Shown: one piece after another, positions 1-12,730 of the stretch
Layout of the letters: every line of letters begins with the position of its first letter
How positions within the stretch are numbered: the stretch's first letter is position 1
Assembly (NCBI GenBank): GCA_964106645.2
Contig: OZ067043.1
Reading direction: 5' to 3' (one strand)
Length of the DNA stretch: 64,000 nucleotides
DNA from: Podarcis pityusensis
Lineage: Eukaryota
The notes under the pieces: generated by a model
Database searches by the model: none
Told to the model about the DNA's origin: nothing
What the model saw: the letters and a program-made list of their open reading frames with translations, nothing else
Made by a program: the position numbers and the translations under genes

Positions 1-311
1 TAAATTGGCATTCTGTCTCTGGCAGTAGACACAACACCATTCTTCCCCATATGCCTCTACTTCCTGCCCAAATCCCATTACTAAGTGGTTTAACCTGTAG
101 CTGGGGCCAACCCATGCCTCTCTCTAGGCTTTTGGATTCATGTAAAAATAGATTCTTACACTAATAAAGCTACCAAACGGTTTTCAGCGGCAGCCCCACA
201 AAGCAGTGCAACCTGCAAGATACTGTTTCTCTGTACGTCTTTCACCAGCTAGGATTAGCACGTTAAAATTGCAAGTGTCAGGCACTTCCACCAGTCCCAG
301 TCACCATTTCA

Positions 312-475
312 CAGTGGTTTAACGATCAGTTCCTCTTCCCAAGTGAACTCTGGGAATTATAGCCCAGTGAAGAGAATAGGGGTCTCCTAACAACTCTCAT
401 CAACCTTAACAAACTACAGTTCCCAGGATTCTTTGGGGGAAGCCATGACTGGTATAATACTGTTTTAAATATATA
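312..475. mobile_element. Partial copy of the palindromic MITE seen at 23030-23301
   Basis: Shares motifs (ctaacaactctca, ttaacaaact, gaagccatgactg) with the element at 23030-23301. Confidence 0.5.
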
Positions 476-1309
476 ACTCTGATGGGGCTTTTTCCAGTCC
501 CTGACAGTTGTGCTTTTCTTCACTTCAATAATCCTGTTGAACAAATACATCTCCTTATTGTTGCCTGTTTGAAAGCATTATATATTTGATTTTATGTTTC
601 AGGACTGTGCCTTTCTGTGTTCTGTTCTGTATCTTTCACACTCCGTAAGTGTCAGACACTCTGTCTCACTTTCCTGTTTTACAAATCATTTTTCCCCTTT
701 GGATTCCACCCCCCCCCTTTTACCTTGTTCATGTGAAACAAGTGTTCATCTTTGTTTTCTCTGACTCTTTTATCTTCTCCTCCTCCCCTTGCAATTTTCT
801 CTCTCTTGTGACAAGATGACACTCGTAAAATAAAGAGGGTGGAGAACTGTTGCATTCTTTTGCCTTTGTCTCTGCCAGATAAACAGGCTTCCAGTTGTCT
901 CTGCGTTAGGCTGGAAGAAGCTGGGGCCAACTTTTAAGGGCTTGTCACTAGTCCTTCTCTCTGATGCTTTTGTGAATATTCTTGACATTCGGAGGGTTTT
1001 ATGTGGTTACTTAAATATGAGTTCAGCCTGAATAGTTTAAAAGGCCACATGGAAAATGAAAGGGGGTAAGGGAGGAAATACAAATGAGGACAGTCAGAGT
1101 CAGCAGTGCACTCAGATTTAAAGCAATATTGACCTCCATGGGAAAGATAGCAGCTCCTCCAGTCAATTCTGAAGAGGCACAAGCGCTCTGACTGTCACAC
1201 GACAGTTTATTGCTGCACCATTCAGTTAAATGGAGACACAGGATGCCCTTGAGCTTTCCTTTGCACATGCTCATCAGCTGCCTATGTATAAATGAACAGG
1301 GGAGCTAAT

Positions 1310-1612
1310 CAGGGCTGTCTTCAGCATATGCGGCGCCGGGGTGCAAAGATCCATCCGGCACCCCCCCCCCAGGTTGCCCAGTCCCAGGTGCGCAGGAGGG
1401 CGGAGCCGGCTGGCTGCCTCAGCATCTCGCTGGCTCAGTCGCTCCCAAAGTCGCGGCACAGAGCCACCTGCAGTAGAAGAGCCCACCGTGGTGCTTCACC
1501 CAACGGGCGGGCTCTTCCCCAGACTCAACTCTTGGGCCCCGGACTCTTGGCCTGGTGCCCCTGAGAGCCCAGGTGCCCTGCACCCCTAGTGCCTATGAGT
1601 AAGATGGCCCTG
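1310..1612. mobile_element. hAT-type MITE, GC-rich
   Basis: TIRs CAGGGCTGTCTT / AAGATGGCCCTG; perfect 8-bp TSD GAGCTAAT at 1302-1309 and 1613-1620. Confidence 0.9.
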
Positions 1613-3735
1613 GAGCTAATATCTGTATATCAAAGCTTAAGCATAGCTTAGAACAGGAGCAAGTTCTGAGGATAGGGTCTCAACCCCTAATGAAATTTTA
1701 TGTAGTTGCTATAATATTTAGATGTTGAATCCACTGTAATCCTCTGCAGGCATTTACTACAAACATGTGAAGAAGGCTGCAGCATCAGTCAGGCAATCCC
1801 AGATCCAACATCCCTGCTGGTGACCTTTCTGACACTGGATTCAGCTGCGTGTGCTGACATCCTACGGACTCTAAGGACTATATTTTATCAGTGTGTACCA
1901 GTAAGGGGTACCAGACAGCCTCAGAACTAGGGCTCCTTGCATGTTTGATTCTGCAAAGTATGCTCCAAAAGGATGGACAAATCTTTCTGCTCTGGTTTCT
2001 CTTAGTTTCTCAGTTCTCCACACCAGTTTGCGTTGTTTAAAGGTTCTTATGAAAATTCATCAGCATTTTTGTATGTATTTCTCCATTTCTCTTTCCTTCA
2101 TTCCTAGAAATATTTTTTAGAAGAGCCACGCTAATATGATTCAGCAAAAACAACAAAGACATTAAATGCAAACAAATGTACGGTACATTGCTGCATGGGC
2201 TTAATAGGCAAGCATACTTCATCAGATAATCAAGTTGTTTCTGTGCTAGTACATATGACTTGTATTACTATGGGTGGATAGAGGAAAGTAAAGAAAAGCA
2301 ATTTTGTAAGATGCTTTTTTTAGAAAGTGAGTAACACATAGTAAAATCAGAGATATTAGACATGAATCGAAGTAAACAAGATTCAATCATTTTTCTGCAA
2401 CTTTATCTTCCAAGAGGTTTCATATGCTTCATTCCTCTACAAGTGTATAATGAACAAATTACTAACTGGGGATTTCATACCATTTCAGTTCTTACAAAGC
2501 TTTTTTGTGCTTCTTTTGCTGTATGCCTGAAGAAACCTACCCTTGGAAGAAGCAAGGGAATGATCAGCATCTCTCTTCCTTCAGGACCAAAGCCCTGTTA
2601 ATGAATTTGGGGCATGTGCTATAGCATTGTGTGGTGGGGGCATTTTCCTCTCCCTCAGCCCTCTCTCATTTTTCTTTGCAGGGGTCTATTTACCACTTTC
2701 TGAAAACTCTCAATTCCCTTAACAAACTAATTGTTATAATTAAAGCCAACTGTTTCTATGTAAATTTAATTAAAAACTGTTTTCGGCTGATTGTCAATGT
2801 TTAATCAGCTCATTAGTAGTATTAATCTCTTTTAAAAAAATAAATCAGCAACTACAAAGCACAGAATTTATTAGCAGCTTACTAAGGAATCTTTGCATGA
2901 GGGAGCCATATTCCAGATTCACAGACCGGTCCTACATAGTTATGTCAGGTGAGGAAAGCATTTGATAATTCTTTATTTGCTGGCTTTGTTTCTTCTTATT
3001 TGCAGAGCTGTGCACACCGTTTTGGCTAAGAGCAACAATATCCAGAACTGGATCCTTGGGCTGCTTTTTAAAAAGAAAAAAGAAAATGTATTTGATCTCA
3101 GATCATCTCCAGCCCACCACCCCACCCTCACATCCACACATACAAAGAGATCAGTAGAATATCAGCTTTAAGGTTCGGTTATGGAGTTGCTTTATTGTTG
3201 GTCAAAGTTATGTGTACAGTTTATGCCTCCACACATGGGAATGTCAGTGAAAACAAGATTCCCATGTGGCAAGTCCCACTGCCTCCTTCAGTTATAATGT
3301 CCAGGAGCACCTGCCATGTGAACATTGTTTTGACGCTGAATGGTGTAGCAGGTGCTTCTACATTTTATGGCACAGAGTGGGAGAACCCCCACTGGTGGCA
3401 TATTCCAGAAGCAGCAGGGATTCTCTTTTTATTACTATGTTCTGTATTTTGTGTTTTTATGTTGTAAGCTGCCTTGTGATCTTTGTATGAAGGGTGATAC
3501 ATAAATTTAATAAATCATAATAAAAATAATTTACTCAGTTTCTCATTCTATAATATAGGGATGGGTGAATCTGTCAATTTCAGTTTTTCTCGATTTCTCA
3601 TTTTTCCAATCCTAAATTCAGTCTGCCACATTTCTAAATCATTTTGTGGTTTTGTTTCCGGATCCTCTAAGCTCCGGTAGCAGGGCCTCATCATGTGGCT
3701 GCTAGCTTTTTAGACATACAACAATTTTGTAAGCT

Positions 3736-4196
3736 TTGTTGTTGTTGTTGTTTAGTCGTTTAGTCGTGTCCAACTCTTCATGACCCCATGGACCAGAGCA
3801 CGCCAAGCACTCCTGTCTTCCACTGCCTCCCGGAGTTTGGTCAGACTCATGTTTGTAGCTTCGAGAACACCGTCCAACCATCTTGTCCTCTGTCATCCCC
3901 TTCTCCTTGTGCCCTCCATCTTTCCCAACATCAGGGTCTTTTCCAGGGAGTCTTCTCTTCTCATGAGGTGGCCAAAGTATTGGAGTCTCAGCTTCATGAC
4001 CTGTCCTTCCAGTGAGCACTCAGGGCTAATTTCCTTAAGAATGGATGCGTTTGATCTTCTTGCAGTCCATGGGACTCTCAAGAGTCTCCTCCAGCACCAT
4101 AATTCAAAAGCATCAATTCTTCGGCAATCAGCCTTCTTTATGGTCCAGCTCTCACTTCCATACATCACTACTGGGAAAACCATGGCTTTAACTATA
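3736..4196 (-). mobile_element. BovB (RTE clade) LINE, 5'-truncated 3' fragment with (CAA)n tail
   Basis: ORF 3893-4183 MVFPVVMYGSESWTIKKAD..RIDAFELWCWRRLLRVPWTARRSN..LEKTLMLGK is the RTE ORF C-terminus; BovB 3' UTR and (ttg)n at 3736-3750. Confidence 0.95.
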
Positions 4197-4809
4197 CTAC
4201 TAACTGGCTCAGATCATACCATGAGTTTCAGAGATGAATGGGGTCAGTATTTGAACCTGGATTTCTCTACATCATCCTGTCACTTATCATGCATTGTGAA
4301 ATGTTGCAAACCTTTGAAAAGCTTCTATAAAAACTGCACTATAAAGGACATAAGAGTCTCAACTTTGCCATACCTTCCCCCTCCCTGCAGGAAATATTAG
4401 CATGCATTAGCCTGGACTTTGCAGGTCTGGTGCTTTCCTATAGCTTCCTGCAACAAATATATTCCTGGGGAGAAGTATTGATTAAATGAATACAGACTAA
4501 TGAGGTGCAAGCAGTACTGATGAAAGCAGTTAATTGCTTATTGTGCTTTCCTTTGCCTTCTCCCTGGTGGTTTTCTCCCTCCAATGAATAATTAATTCTG
4601 CACTATCGTATAAATGATGGCTCCTTATTTGCATCTAAGGATCATTCATTAGAAACTGAGCCTGTCCATTGGCTAATAGCAGGCCAATTAATACCTGCAG
4701 GGTGCCACATCTTTAGGAAAGCAAGGCTCTTGATGCTGGTGCTGTTTCACAAATCCCAATAATAAATTTAGTATGGAATGGACCAGAGGTCACTTCATCA
4801 ATTGCAATA

Positions 4810-4895
4810 ATCAATTTGTTAGTCTTTGAGGTGTCACAAACTCTTAGCTGTTTTTTTTTTTTGCTACAACAAACTAACATGACTGTCTCCCTGGA
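4810..4895 (+). mobile_element. Degenerate Penelope-like terminal fragment
   Basis: ttgttagtctttgaggtgtcaca...caaactaaca motif, similar to 62445-62470 and to the reverse copy near 57005-57040. Confidence 0.5.
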
Positions 4896-5143
4896 TATTT
4901 GGAATCATAGCAATGCTGAAAAGTTCAACTGGGGCATTAGCTTTGCAGTTTCAGTTTCATCTCACTTCTCCTATGTACCCTGTGGAAGCCTATAGCCGAG
5001 CTTATTATCACAGTACAAAAACAGGCCATGTGGATGGTTCTGGAGCAGCCATTCCCAATGATTAACGAGATGCATATGGTGAGAGAGAAGCACCCTTAAA
5101 ATACTGAGTAAATTCAATTTTAAAGCTTGGAAAGTTCCATATA

Positions 5144-5369
5144 CAGTGGTACCTCGGGTTACATATGCTTCAGGTTACAGACTCTGCTAACCCAGAAATA
5201 GTACCTCGGGTTAAGAACATTGCTTCAGGATGAGAACAGAAATCGTGCTCCAGCAGTGCGGCAGCAGCAGAAGGCCCCATTAGCTAAAGTGGCGCTTCAG
5301 GTTAAGAACAGTTTCAGGTTAAGTATGGACCTCCGGAACGAATTAAGTACTTAACCCGAGGTACCACTG
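5144..5369 (+). mobile_element. Tc1/mariner (Tigger/pogo-like) MITE, 226 bp, copy 1
   Basis: TIR CAGTGGTACCTCGGGTTA / TAACCCGAGGTACCACTG; TA TSD; five copies in the window. Confidence 0.92.
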
Positions 5370-5448
5370 TATATTTTAATTACACAAGCTGTCAACCCAA
5401 TAGAAAGGGAAGATGCTACTTCCAGAAGGGTGCCTGCCATCTAGTTTT

Positions 5449-5529
5449 ATTCCTGTATTGCAGGGGGTTGGACTAGATGTCCGTTGGTCTCCCTTCCAAC
5501 TCGACAATTCTATGATTCTACGGTTCTAT
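5449..5529 (+). mobile_element. CR1-type 3' tail fragment
   Basis: attcctgtattgcagggggttggactagatg...ccttccaact...attctatgattcta (CR1 terminal octamer repeat). Confidence 0.75.
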
Positions 5530-5868
5530 ATTTAAAATAATTAAGTGTTGTCCAATTCAGACTAGCACTGGAGAGTTGGGCCTTGCAAGCCATCTGGTCC
5601 AAGGCCCTGCCCCATGCAGGAAAGCCAGAGTTACAACATTCCCTGATTAAAAGTGTTTTAAAGTAGTTAACCAACTAGCCAATTAAGGGTTGCAGCCCTA
5701 ATCTCAAACAGCGGCAAAAAAGAAGATAGGTCCTGTTAAGGCTGCATCTCAGCACTAGGGTACGAGGGCTGCTTCAGCCTTTGCTTGATTTTTATTTTGT
5801 TTGATATGTATCTGGTTAGAGCATTCAGTATCTCCAGAATCTAATTGCACTCCTATGTTATTGGTTGT

Positions 5869-6359
5869 TGTGGCGTTGGCCCTCCTAGGTGTGTGACATC
5901 ATATTGGGTCATAAGGAAAGGGTTAACTAAGTGTAAAATGACTAATCAATAGAAACCCAAGGGGAGGAGTTAGAGTTAGAGCTGTTAAGAAGTCAGTCTG
6001 GAGTTAGAGAAGAGACGGAGAGGAGAAGTCTGTGGGTTGGGCTAGTCTGATGTGAGAGAGTGAGAGAATCTGTTAAGAGGAGTCAGTCAAACAGTTGAGA
6101 TAATCAGTCAGAAGGTATTAGGAAGGTATAGGCCCGTAAAGAAACTAAAGTTAAGAAACTGACCAGAGTATTATCTGAGAAACCATAAACTTGTTAACAC
6201 TTATAAAATAAACTTGTTTATTTGGTTCAGTTTAAACAACTGTCTGGACTCAGTGTGTACCCGAGAGTAACGGGTTGGTGGCAGCGGGAAAGTGGGCACA
6301 GTGGTGGCACAGGGATCAATAGACTGTCAAACGTCCGGGAACCCTGTGTGATCGCCACA
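5869..6359 (+). mobile_element. Solo LTR (probably Gypsy-type)
   Basis: Termini TGTGGCG...CGCCACA; 5-bp TSD GTTGT at 5864-5868 and 6360-6364; AATAAA near 6207. Confidence 0.85.
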
Positions 6360-9039
6360 GTTGTTAAGATTATTGTTTGCATATCTTATTGGACATTTGG
6401 CTATAAGATTATCTTGGCACAGTCTTTTTTAGCCACATGAGTGCAAAAGTATATTTTATTTATGAAGTACGTTGCCACCATATTTTGTAGTTATCAAGTC
6501 AAGGAATATATACTCTCTAGGTGTTCCTTTTATTAAATCACTACAAATATGAACAGTCTGCAAGGGATGCATCCCTAAACATTTGTGCATGGGATCAGGT
6601 CTCCCAAAACATCATCAGAGCTCCAGGTGCATGTACACAGACATTTAAGGTTTTATTTGCTCTTATGTTATTTGTTTGCTGCAGGGACTACCTGTATTCC
6701 TGCACAAATAAACACAGTTACATTTATGACTCTCTCATCTCCATTAGATTAGTGGAAGAGAATCACGGAGGGGGAGAGGTAGAATTCAGAAGAGCTGTGA
6801 AGTTGAGTTTTGGCATGCGGTATGAGCAGAGCAGCTACTTGTAGTCTACAGTGATCCTATAACAACTTTTCTTTGGCAGCAGGTCCAAATGTCTAAATTC
6901 CCTCTTCTTTCTGGCTGCTCTCTGTATTGACAGCCATTTCCATCCTTCATCTCTTTAGAATTTTTTTCAAAAGCTCTTTATCTGGTTGCACACACATTGC
7001 AGTGCTTGAATTGATCTTCAGAGCTGCTTTCCCTGTCATCTATAAAATGAGATTGGCTTGCTGAGGCTCAGCAGCTCAGCTGTGCTGCATGGACTATTAC
7101 CAGTAACCCACGTGGTCTAATTGCATACGCTCAGGTACAATGGTGATAGAGTGCCATACAACAACTCGCTCCTTTTCATGCATAGTTCTCAATGTATTTT
7201 CAAAGAGTGGTGGCTAATATAGTCCCCGTTATACACATTAGGGCATAACTACCAGGCTAATAAAGCTGAAAGAGGAACAGCAAAGATGCAAAGATGGTCT
7301 TTTCTGTCCAATCCAATGGTAGCAAGTGGTGGCAGCAGGAGGTGGGGTGCAGCCAAAGGACTGTTTTCATGACAATGGCACCACTTCCCTTTACAAGGCT
7401 GGGTCTGTGACATGGTGACAGCAAGCTTGTGGCCACACAATTAGCCCATAAAACCAACACTGGCTAATCTGATGGTTCTGCCACTGCAACCATGAGGCCC
7501 CAACCCCACCACCACCCTGCTCCTCCACTGTCCAGCTGGTGTTAGAAGGCTGGATCTGAGCAGGGGTGCCAAGTTGAATAAAATATTGGGGGCACAGGTA
7601 AGCACTGCCCCACATAATTGATCACACGATGCAGCAATGCCCATCAACTATTGGGGGGGGGCGCAGTGGGAATTATTTTTGGAATACAGAAATCAATCAG
7701 CAAACAGTTTGGGAAAGCCAATGAGGGGACATTGCCATTAGCAAAACTGCACCATGGGTCACAGAAAAAGTGACATTTGTAGAATAGGCATTTATATCTG
7801 TATCCTGGCCACTTCACTATTGCTCATGTAAACAATGACAAACCCAATGGTTATCCATGAGCCTGCTTAGTATTTGGGGCTTGCAGGCCTATTCCTTTAT
7901 ATCATCATCATCATCCCCTGCTCACACACACTCTAACCCAAGAGAAGCTAAAATAAGCAAAAGCCTTGTAAAGCAAAAAGAAAAGGAAGGCAATTAACCC
8001 GGAATCCAATTAGTCAGCAGAACTGAAGTCATTAGATAAGAAGCAGGATCTAGAAAGTTGCTAATATACACCCAGGTTGCTGGGTGGCCCAGTGTCTTGA
8101 TTGGCTCCTTATGTAAAATAGAGAGACCAGGGCCACAGAGATTAATTAGTGTCACCTTGCAGAGAACCCTCTGGCCTGGCTTGCTCCCAACCCTCATGCA
8201 CACAACTGCCACGCTTACCTCTTCCAATGGAATATCGTTCCACCCCAGTCATTAGTGTCTTCCAGTGGGAGCAAAGAGCAGGTGCATGCCCAGGGACAGC
8301 GAAAGGGGCATTTCCCTCTGTTCTTCAAGTAGGGCACGTGACCCTTGTTGCAAAGTTCTGCATCGCTGCTCTCTCTGTCAGCAGTGTGTTGTACAAGGCT
8401 GAGACATCATGCACTTGTCTAACACAATTTGCTCATGACAGGGAACAGGCAACACTCCATCTACTAGACACTCAAAGACTGACAGCCGCTGAGGGAGGAT
8501 GGGAGGGAGAGCGAAAAAGGCCTTGCTGCTCAGAAATCAGGCTTGATATTGATATCATCCTTTTGGCTTTCTGAATCACTGAGTACTATGTGGTTCTGAT
8601 AATCAGATTTACCAGGAGACGTTCTCTGTCTAAATGCCCGGCAAATCCCTCCTAATCTATTTCTTACACTTTTATCCACAGGGATGGCTTGTGTGTGTAG
8701 CCAACAGTAGCCATATTGCTTAGAACAATATTTAGTTTCACTTACCTTTTTTAAAAAGAAGTGTTCCTATTAACAGAAACTGCAGTTATCATAAATATAT
8801 GTGGTGATATCCTCACGCTATGAGAAACCCAATTATAGTGAGCAAATGTACTGAGTTTAATCCAAAAAAGTCAATGCATGAGTGGAACAGGACTTTCCCT
8901 CCCATGCGCCCACTAAATCTGCTCTGACAGCAGATTTGGGGGTGGGGGTAACAGGGATGCATGGTGGGAGGAGAGGTAAGTGAAATTCCAAGGTGCAGGC
9001 AGAAGAATTTGCCACTTGAGCTAAGTACACCTGGACAAA

Positions 9040-9413
9040 CAGAAGCTGGGACAGAGCAACAGGAGCTCATCCCGTCATGTGGATTTGAACCACTGACCTT
9101 CTGATCAGCAAGCTCAAGAGGCTCAGTGGTTTAGACCACCCACTCCAACCTAGCAGTTTGAAAGCACACCAGTGCAAGTAGATAAATAGGTACCACTGCG
9201 ATGGGAAGGTAAACAGTGTTTCCATGCGCTCTGGCTTCCGTCACAGTGTTCCATTGCACCAGAAGCGGTTTAGTCATGCTGATTACATGACCCGGAAAGT
9301 TTTCTGTGGACAAGCACCGGCTCCCTCAGCCTGAAAGCGATATGAGCGCTGCAACCCCATAGTCACCTTTGACTGGACTTAACTGTCCAGGGGTCCTTTA
9401 CTTTTAACTTTTT
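9040..9413 (+). mobile_element. Sauria SINE with inverted 5' segment
   Basis: 9040-9139 is the antisense tRNA-related head; 9145-9413 is sense body plus tail; 13-bp direct repeat ACCTGGACAAACA at 9029-9041 and 9414-9426. Confidence 0.92.
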
Positions 9414-11397
9414 ACCTGGACAAACACTTTAAGGCCTTTTTTATGGGATTAGCTTTGTACCTAGCAGCAGCACCAGATCTTCCTCCTCAAAATGTCCTTC
9501 CCGTTTTGTAAAAATCCTGTATTCCATTGATGGAAGTGTACAATTGGGAATGCAAAGCACCCCAAAGCTGACATTCACGACTGCAGAGCTTTTGGTTTAA
9601 GTTTTAAATGGGGTTTCCTAGAAAAAGCAAAATTGTAAGAATAGATCTTCACACATTTCACTAAATAAGGACCTGGGATTGAGTACTTCTGTATAAAAAT
9701 ACCAAGTTTGTAATGATAATGTATATGTAAGTAAGAGTAAGAGCAATATGAGTGAAATAAGAATTCATCATGTAAAGCCTTAAGTACACTATAACAAAAC
9801 TTAATAAACAACTCCAAAGAAAATGTCAGACCCATCTTTTTGTCACTGTGCACATTATGTTTCCACCCCTCCTCTAAATGAATGTTTATTACACCACAAT
9901 CTCACTGAAAACAGATATGCTGTGTTTTTTTCGAAGTAACTGCAAACAAATGGTGGAAACCACTACAATCAACTATAGTGCACTCAGATGGTGCTTCTGA
10001 AGAATAGATCTGTCACATTTGTCACATCTGCATCTGTCACACACATTTGAAAAGTGCTGCACGATCACAGCTATCACAGATTTTGCATATCAGCATCCAC
10101 ATAGGGCAGAGATGGGCACCTTCAGCCTGTGGGTCTCATTAACCCTGCCTGGCCTCCATTTGACCTGCAAGGCCATCCTGGCCAACCCATGCCTACATTT
10201 GATGTCATATATGGCACAGGTAAAGATATGGCTCAGCTTAAAGACCGTTTGCAGGCACTGCTGATGGGTGGTACCTGCACAAAGCACTGGGCACTGGACT
10301 TCTCAAACCCTGTTGGTCAGAGTTTTTGAAGTGCTCTGCACAGGGTTTAGCAATCTCAATCTTTTGTCTGATTGTAGCATTTTGCAGAGGGCTATGCATC
10401 AGGCTTTGCAAAATCCTGCTATCAGTTGATGTACAGGACTTTGTAGACCTTGCCTTTGACCACACAGTTTGATTTCGAAATTGTGTGAGCAAAAATTGGT
10501 CACCTAACATCATCTGAGTATCAGCTCAGTGACAGGTGACCCCACCCACTTTAAAACTTTACCTATGCAGTTGGGAAGATGGATCCAGTTCCCACCCTGG
10601 CATATAGGCACCAATTTACAAAAAAAAGTGTCTCTGTGCAAATGTGCTTTGGTCACAAGCTCAATGGGCAAACATGGGCACTCCCAAAGTGATGGCAAGA
10701 GAATCTTTCTATTATGTGTGACCCAAGTTAAAGGCACTGCGATGATAATGATGATAATAATTATAAGATTTGTGAGTCACCTACACAAAGCCTCTCAGCA
10801 ACTTACAACATAATAATTAGAAATGCAATTTAAATGTAACACATTAAGTGTGAGACCATGTGAGACATTCTGCACCCTCAATGCAGTTTACAGGATTTTC
10901 TCAAAAAATATACATTAACAATTTACCCTTGATATGTCATTATTTACCCAGGAAGGAAACTTTTGAGATCTAGCTTTGATCTGGAGGAGGAATCCTTCAA
11001 AGGAATGGTAATTGATTCAGCAATTAGCACTGCGTTAACATGGAGCCTGCAAGCAGCAGGTCGGAGGGGAAGCTAGGAAAAGACCTTTAAAAGACAGCAA
11101 GTGTCCTCTGAATTAATCAGAATAGCCTAATTCTAAGACTGAGAAGGATAAAACAATGTTTGCAGGCACGTGCATAGTGTAGGCACAGTGAAGTAAATAT
11201 GCAGTCATCACAGGAGAATTGTGTACTTCTTACACAGGAGTGTAGGAATTTTGACATATCTGAAGTGATGCCAAGAAACAGCATGGTCCAAGGGACCATA
11301 AGACAATGTCTTTACTGGGAACAAGCCCAAGTTCACACTTTAGCATGCAAGCTTTGAGTTGCATAGAACAGTTCCTCCTGCTGGGGTTTTAAAAATA

Positions 11398-11623
11398 CAG
11401 TGGTACCTCGGCTTACAAATGCTTCAGGTTACAGACTCCACTAACCCAGAAATAGAGCTTCAGGTTAAGAACTTTGCTTCAGGATGAGAACAGAAATCAT
11501 GCTCCGGTGGCGCGGCAACAGCAGGAGGCCCCATTAGCTAAAGTGGTGCTTCAGGTTAAGAACAGTTTCAGGTTAAGTATGGACCTCTGGAACGAATTAA
11601 GTACTTAACCCGAGGTACCACTG
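11398..11623 (+). mobile_element. Tc1/mariner MITE, copy 2
   Basis: Same TIRs and body as 5144-5369; TA TSD. Confidence 0.92.
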
Positions 11624-11657
11624 TATAAGAGGTAACTCACATCTGATACTTTTTTTC

Positions 11658-11928
11658 TAAGGTTGACATACGTCTGGGAAAACCTGGACAGGTCCTCTTT
11701 TTGGAGGCCAACATGCCCATCAGGGCAAATTTTTACATTTTAAAGGAAATGTCCGTTTGTTGGGGGGGGGGGCCTTGGGCTGCTCTGCACACCACAGCTG
11801 CTGCCAGCCGGAACCAGTAAAAGAGGTGCATGGACACAGTGGCAGTGGCCCCACATACCCACGCCTGTGTTTCTCTTTCCCCAGCTTGGGATGTCTTCTT
11901 TTTTGCTCTTCAAGATATGGCAACCCTG
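11658..11928. mobile_element. Old hAT-like MITE
   Basis: Ends aaggttgacata / tatggcaaccct are imperfect inverted repeats. Confidence 0.5.
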
Positions 11929-11967
11929 TTTTTACCTACACGATCACAGCTTCTCATGGGTAGGGGA

Positions 11968-11970
11968 AAA

Positions 11971-12009
<39 letters not shown>

Positions 12010-12010
12010 A
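11968..12010. repeat. (AAAT)n microsatellite
   Basis: Direct observation. Confidence 0.95.
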
Positions 12011-12035
12011 GGGAGAGCAGAAGAAATCCACTCTC

Positions 12036-12678
12036 TGGAAAGAAGAAAGTGTCCCAACTAAAGAAGATTGGTAAATTAAATTAATGGAATATGCTGAAAT
12101 GGCAAAACTGATAATGAAACTAAGAGGAAGAGACGACAACAAATTTAGAGAAGAATGGAAGACGTTTATTGCATCTATACAGAAGCATTGTACAATGATA
12201 CCTCAGGTTAAGAACTTAATTCGTTCCGGAGGTCTGTTCTTAACCTGAAACTGTTCTTAACCTGAGGTAGCACTTTAGCTAATGGGGTCTCCTGCTGCTG
12301 CTGCGCTGCCGCCGCACAATTTCTGTTCTCATCCTGAAGCAAAGTTCTTAATCTAAGGTGCTATTTCTGGGTTAGCGGAGTCTGTAACCTGAAGCGTTTG
12401 TAACCTGAAGTGTCTGTAACCCAAGGTACCACTGTACACAGGTTAATACATTAGCAGGGTTTTAAAAAGTACTTGTAATTTTGTTATGAATGGATAATAA
12501 GTAATTTAAATAGGTCTCAAACTGAACAATGGACATGCAATTGACATATTATAGCAATGGAACCAAGGAAGGGACTAGAAGTCAATCTGTATTGTATTGT
12601 ATTTGTATTGTTTTTGTATTGATTTTGTCTTTTTACTTTTTGTTATATTTGGGAAATCAATAAATTGTTATCAAAAGT

Positions 12679-12726
<48 letters not shown>
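12036..12726 (+). mobile_element. 5'-truncated L1-clade LINE 3' end, interrupted by a MITE
   Basis: Reads WKEESVPTKEDW*IKLMEYAEMAKL..KFREEWKTFI (resembles non-mammalian L1 ORF2 C-terminus); AATAAA at 12659; (GAAA)n tail; 15-bp TSD AAGAAATCCACTCTC at 12021-12035 and 12727-12741. Confidence 0.85.
12193..12434 (-). mobile_element. Tc1/mariner MITE, copy 3 (reverse orientation, nested in L1)
   Basis: Reverse complement of the 5144 family; TA on both sides. Confidence 0.9.

Positions 12727-12730
<4 letters not shown>

Noticed and set aside
3780-4400. 206-aa plus-strand ORF
   Set aside because: Antisense of the BovB fragment
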